DNA from: Neoechinorhynchus agilis
Taxonomy: Eukaryota > Animalia > Acanthocephala
Reading direction: 5' to 3'
Length of the DNA: 64,000 nucleotides
Assembly: GCA_051530055.1 (NCBI GenBank)
Contig: CM121341.1
Location: 11,510,784-11,574,783, forward strand
Shown here: piece by piece, positions 1-13,105 of the stretch
How positions within the stretch are numbered: position 1 is the first letter of the stretch
Layout of the letters: the number at the start of each line of letters is the position of its first letter
Made by a program: the position numbers and the translations under genes
The notes under the pieces: model-generated
Seen by the model: only the letters and a program-made list of their open reading frames with translations
Told to the model about the DNA's origin: nothing
Database searches by the model: none

Positions 1-469
1 ATTTTATATAAATCAACTTGATCCTTAATTTAAGTATGATATAAAAAATTCTGATTTCAAACGATGAATGCTCATTGATATTTTAGAGTTTATAAAAAAA
101 TAAATGGTTTACAGATAAATAGCTATAATAGACAGGGAAATATTTGTCGAGAATCGAATATATAAAATCGGACGAGTGTATTAATGCATCTGCTATACGC
201 CAACGTGAGCTTCAAAAATTAGCCAGGATTAAAATGTACATGCCGTTTAAGCTTTAGAAATTTTTCTAATGTTCCGATGAAAATGTTATATTGGAAATAA
301 CATGTTGAGAAATTTCAAATTAGTTTGTACGAAACTTTAAGATTTTTTATGATCAAGTGAATGTAAGATAATATCATAGGTACGCATTTAGAAAGGCAAC
401 GTTTTATAAATTGTCGAATAAGTAAACTCTGTCTTAATTTCTTAATAATACAAGAAAGGATTTTTCCAA

Positions 470-3400
470 AGTGGATAACTTACATGAATATAATATGCGA
501 TTTAATTGAGTATTCGTTTAATAACTCCTTTAATCTCACACTACGTTGTTTCTACAATTTGACGGCACTTACAAAATTCCGATTTTTAAAGTTCACTCAC
601 CTTTAATTCGTAATCATCAATATCTTGTTTGGATACACTAACACTTCTCCTATTGTCTTCTTCTTCTTTAATATCAGAAATAAATCTATCGAACTCAGTC
701 ATTCTAAGTAGGAGGCTAGCGTAACGCATTTGATCGAAATGGACACTCACGAATCCTGCGACGGATGAGCGAAGAAATTACTGACCACAAATATCTGGTC
801 ATAACGGATCCTAAATGAGTCCAACATATGTGCCATTCTAATGAAAATCAAAGAATGATGTCTTCAATATCAATAAGAGACATATGAACTTATCATGCTC
901 CTCTGATGACTCTGCGGTCGATGGAATAAAAACACGAAGTTTACTTTTACGCCATCGTTTCCTTGTACTCAATAAATACGGTAATAGAAGGGTTAATCCT
1001 ATGAGAAACGACGATGGTAAAATTAAAATAACCATATAAGAATCACCTCCATCTTCAAACAGCCACCAAACGTCAATATGCTTTTGTTCTGAGGTCTCAA
1101 TAAGGTAAATCTTGCTTAAATCCGTTTTCGAAAAATCGTCTCTTCTGGTTTGATCAACTGACGGACCGTCCAATTTCTCAGTGCTTGTGTCATCAGCGAT
1201 AACACTTGTGAAATCATCCTCATCTTCTTCTTAAATCGTATTGGTAATATCAATACGTGAACACAAGCAAATTGTGATCAAAATGAGAATCGAATTTTTA
1301 CACTCAGATCTTCGGTATTAGTTTAAAAACCCAACTGAAGATGTCGTAAAGAAATAGTGATTGTTTCCAATCTTTAAACTATGTTTCCATGAAAACATGC
1401 CATTCTGAAAAAATCCTAATAGATTGTTAAACTGAACAGAATTCATCTACTTATTTATTTGTATTTCTAGAAATTAATCCAGAGTATTTTATAACCAAGT
1501 TTACCGTTATCTTTAACTTCAGGCGGAAAAAAATCAGCTGGAGGTACTTGATCGGACCCTTTCGCCAATCGCGTTATGGCTAATCCCATAGACATGTCCA
1601 ACGCATCGCTATGAAGGGGCTTTATACATGAAAAGACAAAGACAAAAACTTACTGAATAATATCGACATATTCTTTGATTTTTAAAGCATCGACGGATTT
1701 CCAGTCGTGTTTAAAGCCAAGCACTAGAATGTTTGGTCGCATTCCACCGAATCCGGAGCACTTTAAAATTTGAGAAGGTTGAAGTAGAATCACATGCAAG
1801 TGGAAAGAGTATACCTCCATTAGGGCACGAGCTCCTTTAAAGAGATTTTCTTCTAGAATCCAAGTATAAAATGAGTATATCTTGTGGTCTATTAGCCATT
1901 TCTGCAAAACGTTAGCGTCCGCCATGCACTCAAATACTTGTTTTCCTTTTGTTGGCTATAAGAAGGCAATTCAGTTCGTCTGTTGTCGAAGAAGTCAAAG
2001 ACGAACGTTGACTATGTTTGCAACGATCGAAAGACTATGTTTTTTAGTGATTTCGTTGAACAATTGAACGAGATCAGATCTGACATTAGGAGGTCCAGAT
2101 AGAATCAGACATTGAGGCCTGAAGGTCTTTGCGTGATAAGGAGTGTTACTGTAAGTTCTCAATAAATTTAATCCGACTTTGTATTTGTTGGCATCCGCTG
2201 AAGATCCCCAATCACGTGCTAAACTCAAGAAAATGAAGCACGTAGTTTTTTGAATATTTGAGCGAATCTGCTTTTTCGTAAGGACCAAAAATTTTGATTT
2301 ATTTTTTTGACTTAGAATTTAACTTCAATACTTGCTGTTACGAATTTAAAAATTTAGATAGCTCTAAACCCGTAAAAATAATAATACTTTATTCCAAATA
2401 AAAAATTATTTTACGTCTAATATAAGCACAATAAAAGTCGAATACAAAATTTTAAATTCACCGACACGGTCAAGTTATTCGATTTGAAGTAGACCAAACT
2501 TAGTGCTGATATGAAAAAACAAGGCAAATTAATTAATAAATGTTAAAATTCATGCTTCTCGGACTTACTTATTTTTCTGCTTTTGACGTAAAGAAGTAAA
2601 ATCAATTCGACAGTGATTGTGATCACAGCCGCACGAACATTAACGACGAACATTGCTAAAATGCAGATAATGGCAGTTGAGAGCGCCACGTAGTGATTGT
2701 AGTAACGGAATCGTGGTCTCCATCCTAAAACTCAGAACCCCGATGCTGAAATTAGAAAACTTTTTAAGACATACCAGCGGACTTTGAATAGCTTGCATAG
2801 AAACAAGCAAAATTAATGAACGCATAACCAACCAGCGTGAAGTTTGTAACGAGATGGGCAACTGCGTCCAGTTTACCTGAACACGATCAAACATTGATTT
2901 TTTATGAATATCGATTTAAACTAACCGATCATTACGAGAGAAAGACTTAAAATAAAGTTTACGATATATAATCGCCGCGGGTCGTCATTCGCTTTGCTTC
3001 CATGTGCGAAAAATCGGAAAAAGTTGGGCAATATATCGTCACGGCAAACAGCCTAAAAACTTAAGATGTAATTGAAATTGGATGAAGCTGTTTCTTAAAT
3101 AAAACTGCTAGTCAAAATTATGTACTATTTCGTTGCTCAAATTTGCCATTGTGAAAATTTCTTAACGTGTGATTTGCTTAAATAAAGAATACGCTCATTT
3201 AGAAATATAAATTCCGGCCTTGGACACGTTTTCAAAGCTTATATTTTTAAATCTAAACAGATAACACGAGTTTCATCCTACATTTCATACTTATTTTTCA
3301 CAACCGCTTTGACCATTTTATAAAACATACAATATGATCAAACTTTTCATAATAACTCTCAAACTTTTATATTCTAAGACGCTTAAGGCATTCTGAAAAC

Positions 3401-5388
3401 GTTTTTCGTTCTATAAGAGCGAAAAATATTTTCGTACTATTTAAACAATAAAAAGCTGGGATAAAATCATTAAATTACGATGTCGATATGTAAGGCATCG
3501 GCGCATATGATTAGGGATATTGTTTAAAACCGTTTCAAACCTCATTGGGTTCATGTTACGATTACGTCTATTCATATCTTACAAACTGATGATGAATCCG
3601 ACAAGGTTTGAAACGTCTTTAATAACTAATCATTTATTGCGGTGAAGGCCTAAACAATAACCCTAACTAAATTCCGAATACAAAAAAAATGAAAAGACTA
3701 AAAATTGTCTGTCGAGTTAAAAATCTAATGCAATAAAGTAGATATTTACATCTCAACATTTTTAATCCTCTGTCCGCAAATGAATATTTTATAACTAGAT
3801 ACAAAACCTTTACGTACCTGGAACACCTTTGGTCCAGAAACGAGGACAGCTGAAACTGAAGATAAAGTTGCGGCTAGTGCTCCACAATATGTCACAATTG
3901 GATTCCCAAAAACATAATTCAGAGCGACTGTATCAACAACTAGCCCGCCGACCAGGTTGCCTTCATGGTAAATTTTTCGGACCATTGTACAGCAGCATAG
4001 AATTCCAATCAAGAGGTAAATAACGGTAGAAATAGAAGTTGCCAATAGTGTTCCTTTGGGTATAGCAACTTGAGGACGCTAATTAAACGAAAAGTTAGCA
4101 ACTTTTTAATAACAGACCTGATATACTTTCAGATTTCCCGATATGTTAACACCGGCCAGTATTCCGGACATTGCAGGAAAAAATACTCCGAACATTGAGA
4201 AGACTGTTTCGTTGCCAAAATCCGGAGATAAGTTATTTTTTAAGGTCGTAACTAAAATTGAAAGGGTTCAAAATATGGAGGCATGTAGGATGAAAACCAT
4301 TTGGTCCAGTGTATCCTTTGTCCATTGCTTTACTATTCGGTGTCAAAAATAGAGAAATAATAAAGTTACAGAAGGAGGCAATCATTATTATTAGCATAAT
4401 CAGCATCGCCTACAATGAGAAGTTTTTTAAGAAATAAAAAAGTTGTAAATTTTAACCATTGCTTCGTAATTTAATCCAATCATTATTATTGAGCCGAGGA
4501 CTAAAATAACTAGAATTCCGATTATACGTGTTCCATTTTCGGTAACGAAGATTCCATTGTATCCGTTTGCCTATACAAAAACGAGAGTAGTAGAATTTTT
4601 AAAGCGAACGTACTGTCAGAATTGTCCGGATGACGATGCTGACCCCTATAACGATCATGGCAGATGCGACAAGATCGGTGAAGGCAATCGTGATGCCAAT
4701 CGGGCCGCCGAATACTGGGCCAAGTGTTCTGGATAGAAGAAAATATGTTCCGCCTAAAATTATCAATTTCTTCCAAAAAAAATTCTCTCAGAATATACCA
4801 CCTCCTTTGATTTTTCCATTTGTAGCTACCGCCGCCAATGACATCGAAGTCAAAATGCTCAAAAGCCCAGAAACGACGATAATGAGACATCCTACATACA
4901 ATCCTGCTGTTCCCATCAAAGTAGGAAGACGAATGTACATAATAGTACCAAAAAGAGCCAATAAACATCGAACCTATTTTTTCAGTAAAAAAACTACAAA
5001 TTTACATAATCTAAGCAGGACAAACCATGACTCCTTTAACCCATCCCAGCTTGATTACATTTTTTAAATGCAAGTGATGGTCGTCCTTAGCAGTTTTCTC
5101 CTTATCAATATCTTCACTACCAGTTATCGACTATATTATTCATGCTTAATTTTTTTATTAAATTGCTTGAGAACCTTAAGTCGGATTTGTTGAAGAGTAG
5201 GACGCTTCATTACGTTTCCAGTGATCGAGTCATGAGCCCGGTAAAAGTCGATATTGGGTAGCTGTTCTACATCGTAAAATGAATCCTTTTTATCTGATGA
5301 ACAAATGAGTTGATCATGTATATTTGACAATCTCACCTTCTTCGGGCGAATTCTCCTGAGTTATCTGCACAACTGTTAACTCATTCAT
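470..5388 (-). CDS. SLC12A2: Cation-chloride cotransporter, NKCC/NCC-like (about 20 exons; extreme C-terminus unresolved)
   Basis: Spliced reconstruction gives [53 protein letters not shown]...[29 protein letters not shown] and [20 protein letters not shown], all matching SLC12A1/2/3. All resolvable introns are GT-AG. ATG at 5388. Exact paralogue not determinable. Confidence 0.92.
3495..3660. mobile_element. Palindromic repeat of two head-to-head hammerhead (HHR) motifs, inside an SLC12 intron
   Basis: Right arm CTGATGA(3586)-T-GAATC-cgacaa-GGTTT-GAAA-CG-TC(3617) is a complete minimal HHR core. Left arm is a degenerate inverted copy. Related copies at 12.6-12.9, 24.5-24.7 and 55.2 kb. Confidence 0.7.
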
Positions 5389-5730
5389 TGTCGCGGGACT
5401 ACGAAGGAGACTAAGAGCCACAGAGAAAGTATTCTCGAATATATTTTAACTTCTCATGTATATTTTTTTAGGTCTTTTTATGCGAAAAGATACGTGTATC
5501 CTTCTCTTAATGCGTAAAATAAAAGCTCTGTTTGAATGTGATCCCGTGAGTCACTTGACTTATGTAACTTATAAAGATTGACAGTGAGCTGTCACTGCTT
5601 GGTCTCTCATTTGATGACTGGCGACATTTGGTTTTCAGCGATTTTTATCTTCGTTTAGAAACAACATTCATGTAAAGAGTAATATTCATTTCAAACTAGT
5701 GTTCATTTTTATTAGAAATTAACATTGCAG

Positions 5731-5873
5731 CCAATCAGCACTCAGCATGTCGCATATTCGACATTAAGATTGCGTGGAAAATTATGATTGGCTACCTGTT
5801 GAAAATGAGACAGTCCTCTCAAATCACCATCGTTGTATTTCTTTTGTAAACGACGTCTTCTCTCAATGATTGG
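5731..5873. promoter_or_regulatory. CCAAT-box cluster in a divergent intergenic region
   Basis: CCAAT at 5731 and ATTGG at 5787 and 5869, upstream of the SLC12 ATG and a plus-strand ORF. Motif match only. Confidence 0.3.
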
Positions 5874-6392
5874 TTAAATGTGCTCACATAAAATCGTTCA
5901 AAATTCAGAAAGTTTATTTCGAAAAATGCAAAATTTCAGCCATTTTCTATAATGTCATAAAACAAGAATTTACATAGATTCTGATTTTTTAAAAGTAGAC
6001 CGTTATCTGTTACTATTGCTAATTTGTTCGGATCTTTAAATATAGTCAAAACAAAGAACGTGCGCTCTTTATTTGAAAGACGCACTTAGGAAATCGCAAA
6101 TCAAATAGGAATTAAACACTTACTAAGCAATCACCCTTCCCAAGGCCAAGATGTTACGTTTAGTTTTAATCTGTGGTAGCAACTTTATCTATTCTTTAAT
6201 TGAAGCTAGGTTCTTTAACCAATCAATTAAACGGACAGAAGTTTTGCAATCAATGAAACATTTAATCGTTTGCGAAGTCAGCTATTTGATACGAATAAAA
6301 AAATTCAATCTCGGCGTTTTCAATTTTTCGGTGTTCATTTGTGGAAATGAAAGTTTTTGTATTATTTAAAGCATCTTTTTTTACGCCTTTAG

Positions 6393-6620
6393 ATGATTCC
6401 ACGAGATATGACAAGACTTACCTGCAGTAACTATCCGATAATGTCCAGAGTTGTCCGGTACGGTACCTCCAAGAATCTACGCGATTTTGCAACTCAATTG
6501 AACAATACAGACGGTATTGCTAGAGCGAGAGACATTCTAGAGAAAGTCGTAGGAGATCGATTCTCGCCGGAGCAAGGATTCGCCTTATTTTCCGATGACG
6601 GCAAAGTCGATCATGATTGA
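6393..6620 (+). CDS. Hypothetical 75-aa ORF or exon
   Basis: ATG directly after a ttttacgcctttag acceptor-like tract, with protein-like composition. No family recognised. Confidence 0.3.
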   Translation: MIPRDMTRLTCSNYPIMSRVVRYGTSKNLRDFATQLNNTDGIARARDILEKVVGDRFSPEQGFALFSDDGKVDHD

Positions 6621-7092
6621 ACGGCGAGGGAGAGAGGATCTGTCCTATTTCTTAACAGTTTTAGATTGTTTTTAAACCAACAATTACTTTTCAGTTTCTC
6701 TTGCCGGTTGACGTGAAGATACAATTATAAGTTTTCTTCAATTCAGAAAATCCAGAGGTCGTTGTCGAAACTTTGAAAACCTTCGAAATTAAAATTTTTA
6801 AGATCTTGATCAATACATAAACTTTAAATATACAGACTTAAAGTTTTGTGAATCTAGAACGTCTGTGTGTGACCGAATCGTCTTGCACTTTAAAACTTCT
6901 GTGGTTTTTGGCCAATGATATCGATCATTTTCAAACTTTTATTCGTTGTCAGATCATCGAAAACAGGAATATTTCGGACCGAGTCTGACATAAAAATCTT
7001 CGCGTCTTAACCGAATAACCAAAACTTATGAATTGCCGACCAAACCGCTAACCTCCACTCACACGACCGATACTTTATTAAATATTCTGCTT

Positions 7093-7670
7093 TTAACTTG
7101 AACTGGAAAAGTTGCTATCAGTATTAAATGATGCCGCATGCCGATTTTCCGATGAATTGAATGAATTGCTACTAGATGATGACATTGAGGACGTGTCTGA
7201 CGAAGACAATCGCCTGTACATTGAACGCACTCTGAACTTCTTCGTATGAGACGGTTGCTTGTAACGATTTCTTCGCTCTTTTGAAATCAAACTATTTAAA
7301 TTTCGCCCATCCCGTATGCCAAATTCTTTAGATGATTCTGTTTGAACTGCAGAATCAGTAATTTGAACAGAAGGGCTTTCATGATTTGTATCCAGTAATG
7401 ACGTCTGCGTTCCAACACTTTTAGCTATTCGCTTTTTTCGGCCAAAGAAAATGCAGTTGCTAGATTTCTTTTTAATTTGAAGAAACTCTGAATTGGATAT
7501 CCTTTCATCGGTTGGCAAAGGCATTTTCTCTTCGGAGTAGCAATTAGGCATCTTGTTGAAGTCGACAAGCTTATCATTTTTCAAATGGTTCCTCAGTTTA
7601 CTCCCTCCAGGTTTCCATGGCGACAATGCAGCAGCGTCCATCGATTCGATTGCAATACAATTTTTTCCTG
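7093..7670 (-). CDS. Exon of an uncharacterised Ser-rich protein with LC8-type motifs
   Basis: Open frame of more than 180 aa after a cattttaaag acceptor. Contains KSVGTQT and DSAVQTE plus a Ser-rich tail. Confidence 0.4.
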
Positions 7671-7789
7671 CTTTAAAATGGGAAGGAGCATTTGCTTTAA
7701 AATTTTATGATTCAAATTAGTGTCGACTTTCAAAGCATGCAGCATTTGCTTCGAATGGAATGAGCGAATTCTCCATTTAATAAGATCGA

Positions 7790-8830
7790 CCGGTTGAGTC
7801 TTCCAATAAGCTGCATTTTTGGTTCTAATGTTGAAACAGAGATTGCCAATCTTCAACCGCAACTTTCGATGCTGTGCGAACGAGTTGATGAATTATCTTT
7901 ACACGAGGCTCTGTTCCTTTGCTGTACGAGCTGCGCACAGCACATTTTTTAGACATAAAGATAAGCTAGCAAAATTAGACGAGCAAGTGAAAGCCTCTCT
8001 CGAGAAAATTTTAAATACTCAGCTGTCGGACGAGGCCTGACGTCAAGCTTCCTTGCCTCTGTCGTCCGGCGGTTTGGGTATCCGAAAAGCAGCCGATATT
8101 TCTCTGCCACTTCATTTGGGATCGTATGAAGCAAGCAGCAAAATAGTTCAATCCGTTCTTGGCGAGAATTACACTTTGGATTGAGATTTCGTGGAGGCTA
8201 TTAATCGTTGGTGTGGAGATTCAGGCAGCGAGCAGGTCCCCGTCAATGGTTGCAAACAATCAGTTTGATGCTCACTCCTGCTAGCGAGAATTTATAATTC
8301 TTTAATTTCAGATTCTCGTAACCTGGTGAACGGAACTCGATTGGCTGCAGTCTCCACAAGAGAATCGGGTGCTTGGCTCAACGGTGCCCCAATCGCTTCT
8401 GTGGGTACCCTTCTCTCCGACGAGACAGTAAGGATTGCAGTGTCCCTGAGACTTGGGGAACCGATGTTTTGGGGCGACTGTGGAACCACCTGGACGCCAT
8501 TGTCTCGTCTGTCGGCAATCTGGCCGAAGATATTCACGAAACGTCGAAATGAACGCAATGCTCTTAGTCGTGCCCTGAATACTCTGAATGCACCCAACAT
8601 CCTAGAACCGAGCAATCTTTGTCGACTCGATGGCCGCCGTAGACCGGATGACGTCACAGTATTCTGCGTGGACTCACTCGCAGCCAGTAACATAAAGTTC
8701 GCCACTGCAAAACCGAAGGGGGAGCAGCAACAGCCGATGAGAACCGCGAAAAGTCAAAATACCGCAACGCCCAATTTGTCCTTTCGACCATTGCACCAGA
8801 AAGTGATACAGAGCGGCGGCGTGGATGCTT
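7790..8830 (+). mobile_element. CRE-clade non-LTR retrotransposon, 3' fragment, degenerate
   Basis: ESGAWLNGAPIASVGTLL...IAVSLRLG and LEPSNLCRLDGRRRPDD (restriction-like endonuclease region). Highly similar to 15.0-16.1 kb in opposite orientation. Confidence 0.85.
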
Positions 8831-8944
8831 TAAAAGTTGATGTTGACCTTGTGAGTTTATGTAAGAAATCTTCTAGGTTAAATTCATTTAAAACTAAGAA
8901 AGATCATTAAGGTGGAGGATCAAGAAGGAAACGAATTATTATTA

Positions 8945-9803
8945 ATGTAAACTTTTAGTTAACATAAATCCGGTCATAACCTATTTGATTTTGATTTATT
9001 TGATATATTTCGCGAAGTAACCTCGCCTCCTCAGTCATCTAAATATGAGTTTTACATATTAAGGTTTTGAGCTCGAGTGCGCGGGATAGCCAACCCCGAC
9101 GTTCGGGGACCAATTATCCGCTCGAACCATGTTTTTAGCATTGATTTTTAGCACGTTGCTGGCTGGAAGTTTCAAGCTAAAATTCGCTTTATTTCCCTCC
9201 ATTGTGTTGGACACAGCGATATGTAAGGCCTTCAAAACAAGCCGTCTTTTTAGGTTTTGTTCTATTTCTATAAAATTGGTGCCACCAAAATCCGCTCGAT
9301 GTTTGCGTGTCTCTTGATGATTGGAGATTGCCGACGAATACTCAAATCGTCTGCAGGCTTGCTTATGTTGAGCGACCCTCTTCTTAATGCCCTGAATCGT
9401 TTGTCCGATATAGACTTTCTCACGCTGTTCACAGTGCATTCTATATATCCCATGAGTCGGCTCAATTCTACCCTTCTTCTTGAATGTGCTCCTGAGAGCG
9501 ATTCCTTTATTATTGTATAGACGAATTCCAGGCTGAAGGGAAATAAAGCGAATTTTAGCTGGAAACTTCCAGCCAGCGACGTGTTAAAAATCAATGGTAA
9601 AATCATGGAAAAAACGTAGTACAGCGCAAATTGCTCCCCGAACTTCGGGTTTGACGATCCCGCACATTCCAGCAAAAAAACTTAAGGTGAAAAACATATT
9701 TTTTGATGACTGATGAGGCGAGGTTACCTCGCGAAATATCTCCAATAAATTAAAATCAAATAGGTTATGACCGGGAGTATGTTCACCAAAAGTTTACATT
9801 GAT
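8945..9803 (-). mobile_element. Penelope-like element end: GIY-YIG endonuclease plus inverted terminal duplication carrying HHR motifs
   Basis: ORF 9059-9439 HC..REKVYIGQTIQGIKKRVAQHK is GIY-YIG. 9530-9803 is an inverted copy of about 8945-9200. CTGATGA-G-GCGAGG-tta-CCTCGC-GAAA-TA-TC at about 9710-9745. Confidence 0.85.
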
Positions 9804-10129
9804 TAACTCGAAGGATTTTCTACCGATAATTATTGTTAATGTTTCAAGGTCGTAAATGTCACTGTACACTACCGTATAATATTCGCACGATATACTTGCA
9901 ACCTTAAGGATGATGATAGAGTTAGAGATATGATGCGATAAAAAATCCCGATAGAATCGTTTTCAATAATAGGAAAATTGAATTTGTAAGCTGAAATAAT
10001 CAATTAGTGGCTTTTTTAGATTGGAAAAGACCAATAATCTCGTTTTTTTAAGAAATCGCCTTAGACATTAAATGTGTTTCAAATTCGACATCTCAATATC
10101 ATACTCTAACCTAAGCAATTGAACAATAG

Positions 10130-10375
10130 CTAAATAATCTTGGCCGCGATTTTCGAAGTGATCTTAACGGTCTTTTTCGCCACTGATTTTCCTTTTGGTA
10201 ATTTGTACAGTATGCCCCTCGCCACAAAACTGCTTTTATCCACGATCGCGTTGGCTAGAGCCTCCTTCATTGTCAATTTGCTTTCGCCTAGATTTGATTC
10301 GAACAATGCTTCTCCATTTTCTGCCTTCTGGTCACCGTCGCCACCATCATCATAAAACGGATTAGTACCATCCAT
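10130..10375 (-). CDS. Hypothetical Lys-rich ORF (3' exon of the RRM gene or a separate small gene)
   Basis: 81-aa ORF with an acidic start and basic C-terminus. Splicing not resolved. Confidence 0.3.
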   Translation of the reverse strand: MDGTNPFYDDGGDGDQKAENGEALFESNLGESKLTMKEALANAIVDKSSFVARGILYKLPKGKSVAKKTVKITSKIAAKII

Positions 10376-10587
10376 GATTGATATTGGATTTTATGTAGTC
10401 GACTGCACTCTTCAATCGTTTGTGTGTGAGAGAGAATGATTAATAGTTCAATTAGTAAGCTAACTTCCGTTATGAACACTCACATGGTGACTTCAAAATC
10501 GCTAAGATTTTTTTTGCTCTCACATACGCACTAACATATCAAACAAACCACGTCGAATCTACACTCAGCAAAAACGAGATCCTTTTC

Positions 10588-11187
10588 TCATAGACGAAAA
10601 CTCTTTCTTTTCCTCAGAGACGGATATGGTGAAGGCCTCCTCGACAATAGGCACTCAGTGTCGTTGCATGCTCGTTTGTTTGAATTCGGCCCAAGTGGAT
10701 CAGGAAACACCAATCGGGTACATACGCTACTCGACTCCTCGATCTCTTGAAGGCGTTCAAAATCATAATCCATGTCCTCGGGTTTGCCATAACCGAGCAA
10801 CATCAACTCTTTAGCAACGCTGCGTGCAATTCCACTGAGGATTCGGCGTGCTTCTGCTTCAACATCCGACTGACTCCTCAGTCCAGGAATCCCTCGAACT
10901 AAGTACATGTCCGTTCCTGTTCGACTAACCGAAATCTGAACTCCTTTACGGACTTCATAACCATTGAGCTCTTTAATCGCACGCTCAATTACCGATTGAT
11001 GATGGCCGCCGTAAGTAACGATCGAGAATCCACGAACCATACCATCGTACGGATTAACGAGATATTTGAACTCGAGCTGACTGCTTTCAAGGAGATTCAG
11101 AAGGCGACCATCGCAAACCGTTTTAGGCTCCACGTTCAACTCAATCTGCTCGGCAAATTTCCTTTTTTTACCCGGATCTTTGTCCAT
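10588..11187 (-). CDS. Divergent hnRNP R/Q-A1CF-RBM46/47-DND1-like RRM protein
   Basis: YLVNPYDGMVRGFSIVTY...AIKELNGYEVRKGVQISVS...YLVRGIP resembles the family RRM1-RRM2 junction (LMMDPxSGxNRGYAFVTF...AVKxLNNYEIRxGKxLGV...LFVGNIP). Confidence 0.55.
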   Translation of the reverse strand: MDKDPGKKRKFAEQIELNVEPKTVCDGRLLNLLESSQLEFKYLVNPYDGMVRGFSIVTYGGHHQSVIERAIKELNGYEVRKGVQISVSRTGTDMYLVRGIPGLRSQSDVEAEARRILSGIARSVAKELMLLGYGKPEDMDYDFERLQEIEESSSVCTRLVFPDPLGPNSNKRACNDTECLLSRRPSPYPSLRKRKSFRL

Positions 11188-12589
11188 CCGCTTTATGGAC
11201 GCGCTCCTTTATTCTAAAAATGTGCGACTTGTGGCACGTTAGATTTTTCCATTTTACATCAGCAAGTGATTTATTCGCACGAGCACACAGACATGATGTG
11301 CGGCGGTGGCAAGTTTTTTAGAGAAAGCAAGACTGATGTTTGTTTACAAATTTAGCCATTTGGACATTTTTGACAAGGCCTAAAAAATAGGGAAGTTTTC
11401 GGAGGGCTTTGAGAAATGTGATAAAGAAATTCAGGCGGTCTGCCTCTTGAAAAAAAAGACGAGGCCCGAAATAGCCCAGGAATTTCAGACTGTTTGGATG
11501 ACTTTTGGTCAGCTCGATTAGCCTTGATTCTATCGATTTAAAGCAGTTTTTAAAGCTGGTTAATGTCATCATTAATTTTAAGATTAGACGTAAAAGTGTA
11601 ACTAAGCCATTTTACATTGTCCAGTGGTATAAAAGTATTTTTGAAAACACTGATCGACCCACAAAGTCAATCGTGATGACGTCAGCAATGTTGGTGTTGC
11701 GAACGGGAAAAAGTCAATAGGGAATTCGAAAGCAAGTTACGTCGTCAATACAAAAATGTCAGGGTTTTTATATGGTGGAAAATATGACGTAATTTATGGA
11801 AACCGAAGACGCCGAAATGTCTAGAATTAAAATAACTTCAATATTATTATTGGTAATATAAAAAACATGAACAATTCAATCTTAAAACGTTTGAGGACTA
11901 GAATTCATAGCTCGAAACGGTTAAAGTCAGCAAAAAGAATCGGAGTTTTTTCTCTGGGAAATCAATGTTTGTCTGTGACTCGTCGAAGATCACGGCCGAA
12001 AGTTCAAAAGATATTTCGAACGACTTGAAACGTGAAGCGGCAAAAGCATTGACTTATATACCTTGAAAACGTTTCGAATAGATGCGACAACATTTACGTA
12101 CACAATTTGCATTTTAAGAAAACAAATAAACATTAGCGATTTAATTGTCGTCATAAAATCCCGCAGGATAATCAAATGAAGAAATTGTGGCGAAACTACG
12201 TCGTGAAATATTTCAATTCTTTCTAATTAACGGCTTAATTTTCTGTGGCCAATTGCATTTATTAATCTAATTTTAGAAAATTAAGATCTTTTGTAGTTTG
12301 TTTTAATTTTAGGGACGAATTAATTTGAGTGAGTCAAAAGTTCGAAAAACATTTACGCCATGACGAATTTAGCGTTTCCCCGCCGTTGTTGATTTACGTC
12401 AATTTTTAATGGTTTGAGTAATGAATTCTTTCGTTACTAGTTTTGAAACCGATGACGTATTACGTTGCGTCATCGGTTGATCAAATGTAACGTTGGAAGA
12501 CTAGGGAAAATAAAAGCATAGTTATGTCAAAATGTCGATATGTGAGCACGTACCTATTGTTTACAAGTTTTGACCCGGTAAATAATTTT

Positions 12590-12900
12590 TTAATTTTAAA
12601 GACGTTTTGCGAACCTCTTTGGGTTCATCATCAGTTTGTTGACGCATTCATAGTTGAAATTTTTTTACAAACGATGTTCCCATCCGACCAAAACAGTAAT
12701 GTACTCAATAATCAACAACCGCATTCATTGAACAACTTTGAACTCGGGTGCTCATGAGGACTAAAAGGTACATGGGTCCTATTCTTTGTCTAATAAGAAA
12801 TAAACGTTTTAGTATAAACAGATTGATGATGAACCCGACAAGGTTCGAAAAGTTTTTAATAAAAAAATCATCTGGGTGAAGACTTCTAAGCAATACGTCT
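12590..12900. mobile_element. HHR-pair palindromic element with internal spacer
   Basis: Inverted GATGATGAACCC...GGTTCG arms at about 12610-12645 and 12825-12850. 12660-12880 is near-identical to 55020-55245. Confidence 0.7.
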
Positions 12901-12939
12901 AAAAGCATAGCTTTGAGACGAACAATATCAAGATTCGAT

Positions 12940-13105
12940 TGGTATGTTCCGTAGTTGGGCCGAGGTGGTCGAGTGGGCTATTGCCCTGAATCGCAGTTTC
13001 AGCTTCAAAAAGGTTCAAAATCCCCGATCGCCGATGATTCATAACCAACCGGGACGAAATACCATCGAAAGGGCGCCTCCTTGGGCATTGAGCGCAGTGT
13101 GCGTA
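12940..13105 (+). mobile_element. tRNA-derived SINE
   Basis: A-box-like TGGTCGAGTGG and B-box-like GGTTCAAAATCC, followed by CCTTGGGCATTGAGCGC. Homologous to 55955-56205 (minus) and 62270-62460. Confidence 0.65.

Noticed and set aside
8292-8705. Antisense ORFs over TEs and genes (also 15027-15566, 44343-44876, 4630-5067, 42762-43148)
   Set aside because: Shadow frames of real coding sequence on the opposite strand.
12447-12480. Rho-independent terminator-like hairpin AACCGATGACG/CGTCATCGGTT
   Set aside because: Eukaryotic context and no U-tract; probably MITE debris.
12748-12785. HHR in CTCATGA-GGAC...GTCC
   Set aside because: G5 is mutated and GAAA is absent in all copies.
12958-13025. 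tRNA gene
   Set aside because: A and B boxes are present but no cloverleaf forms, and it continues into a dispersed repeat, so it is a SINE head.
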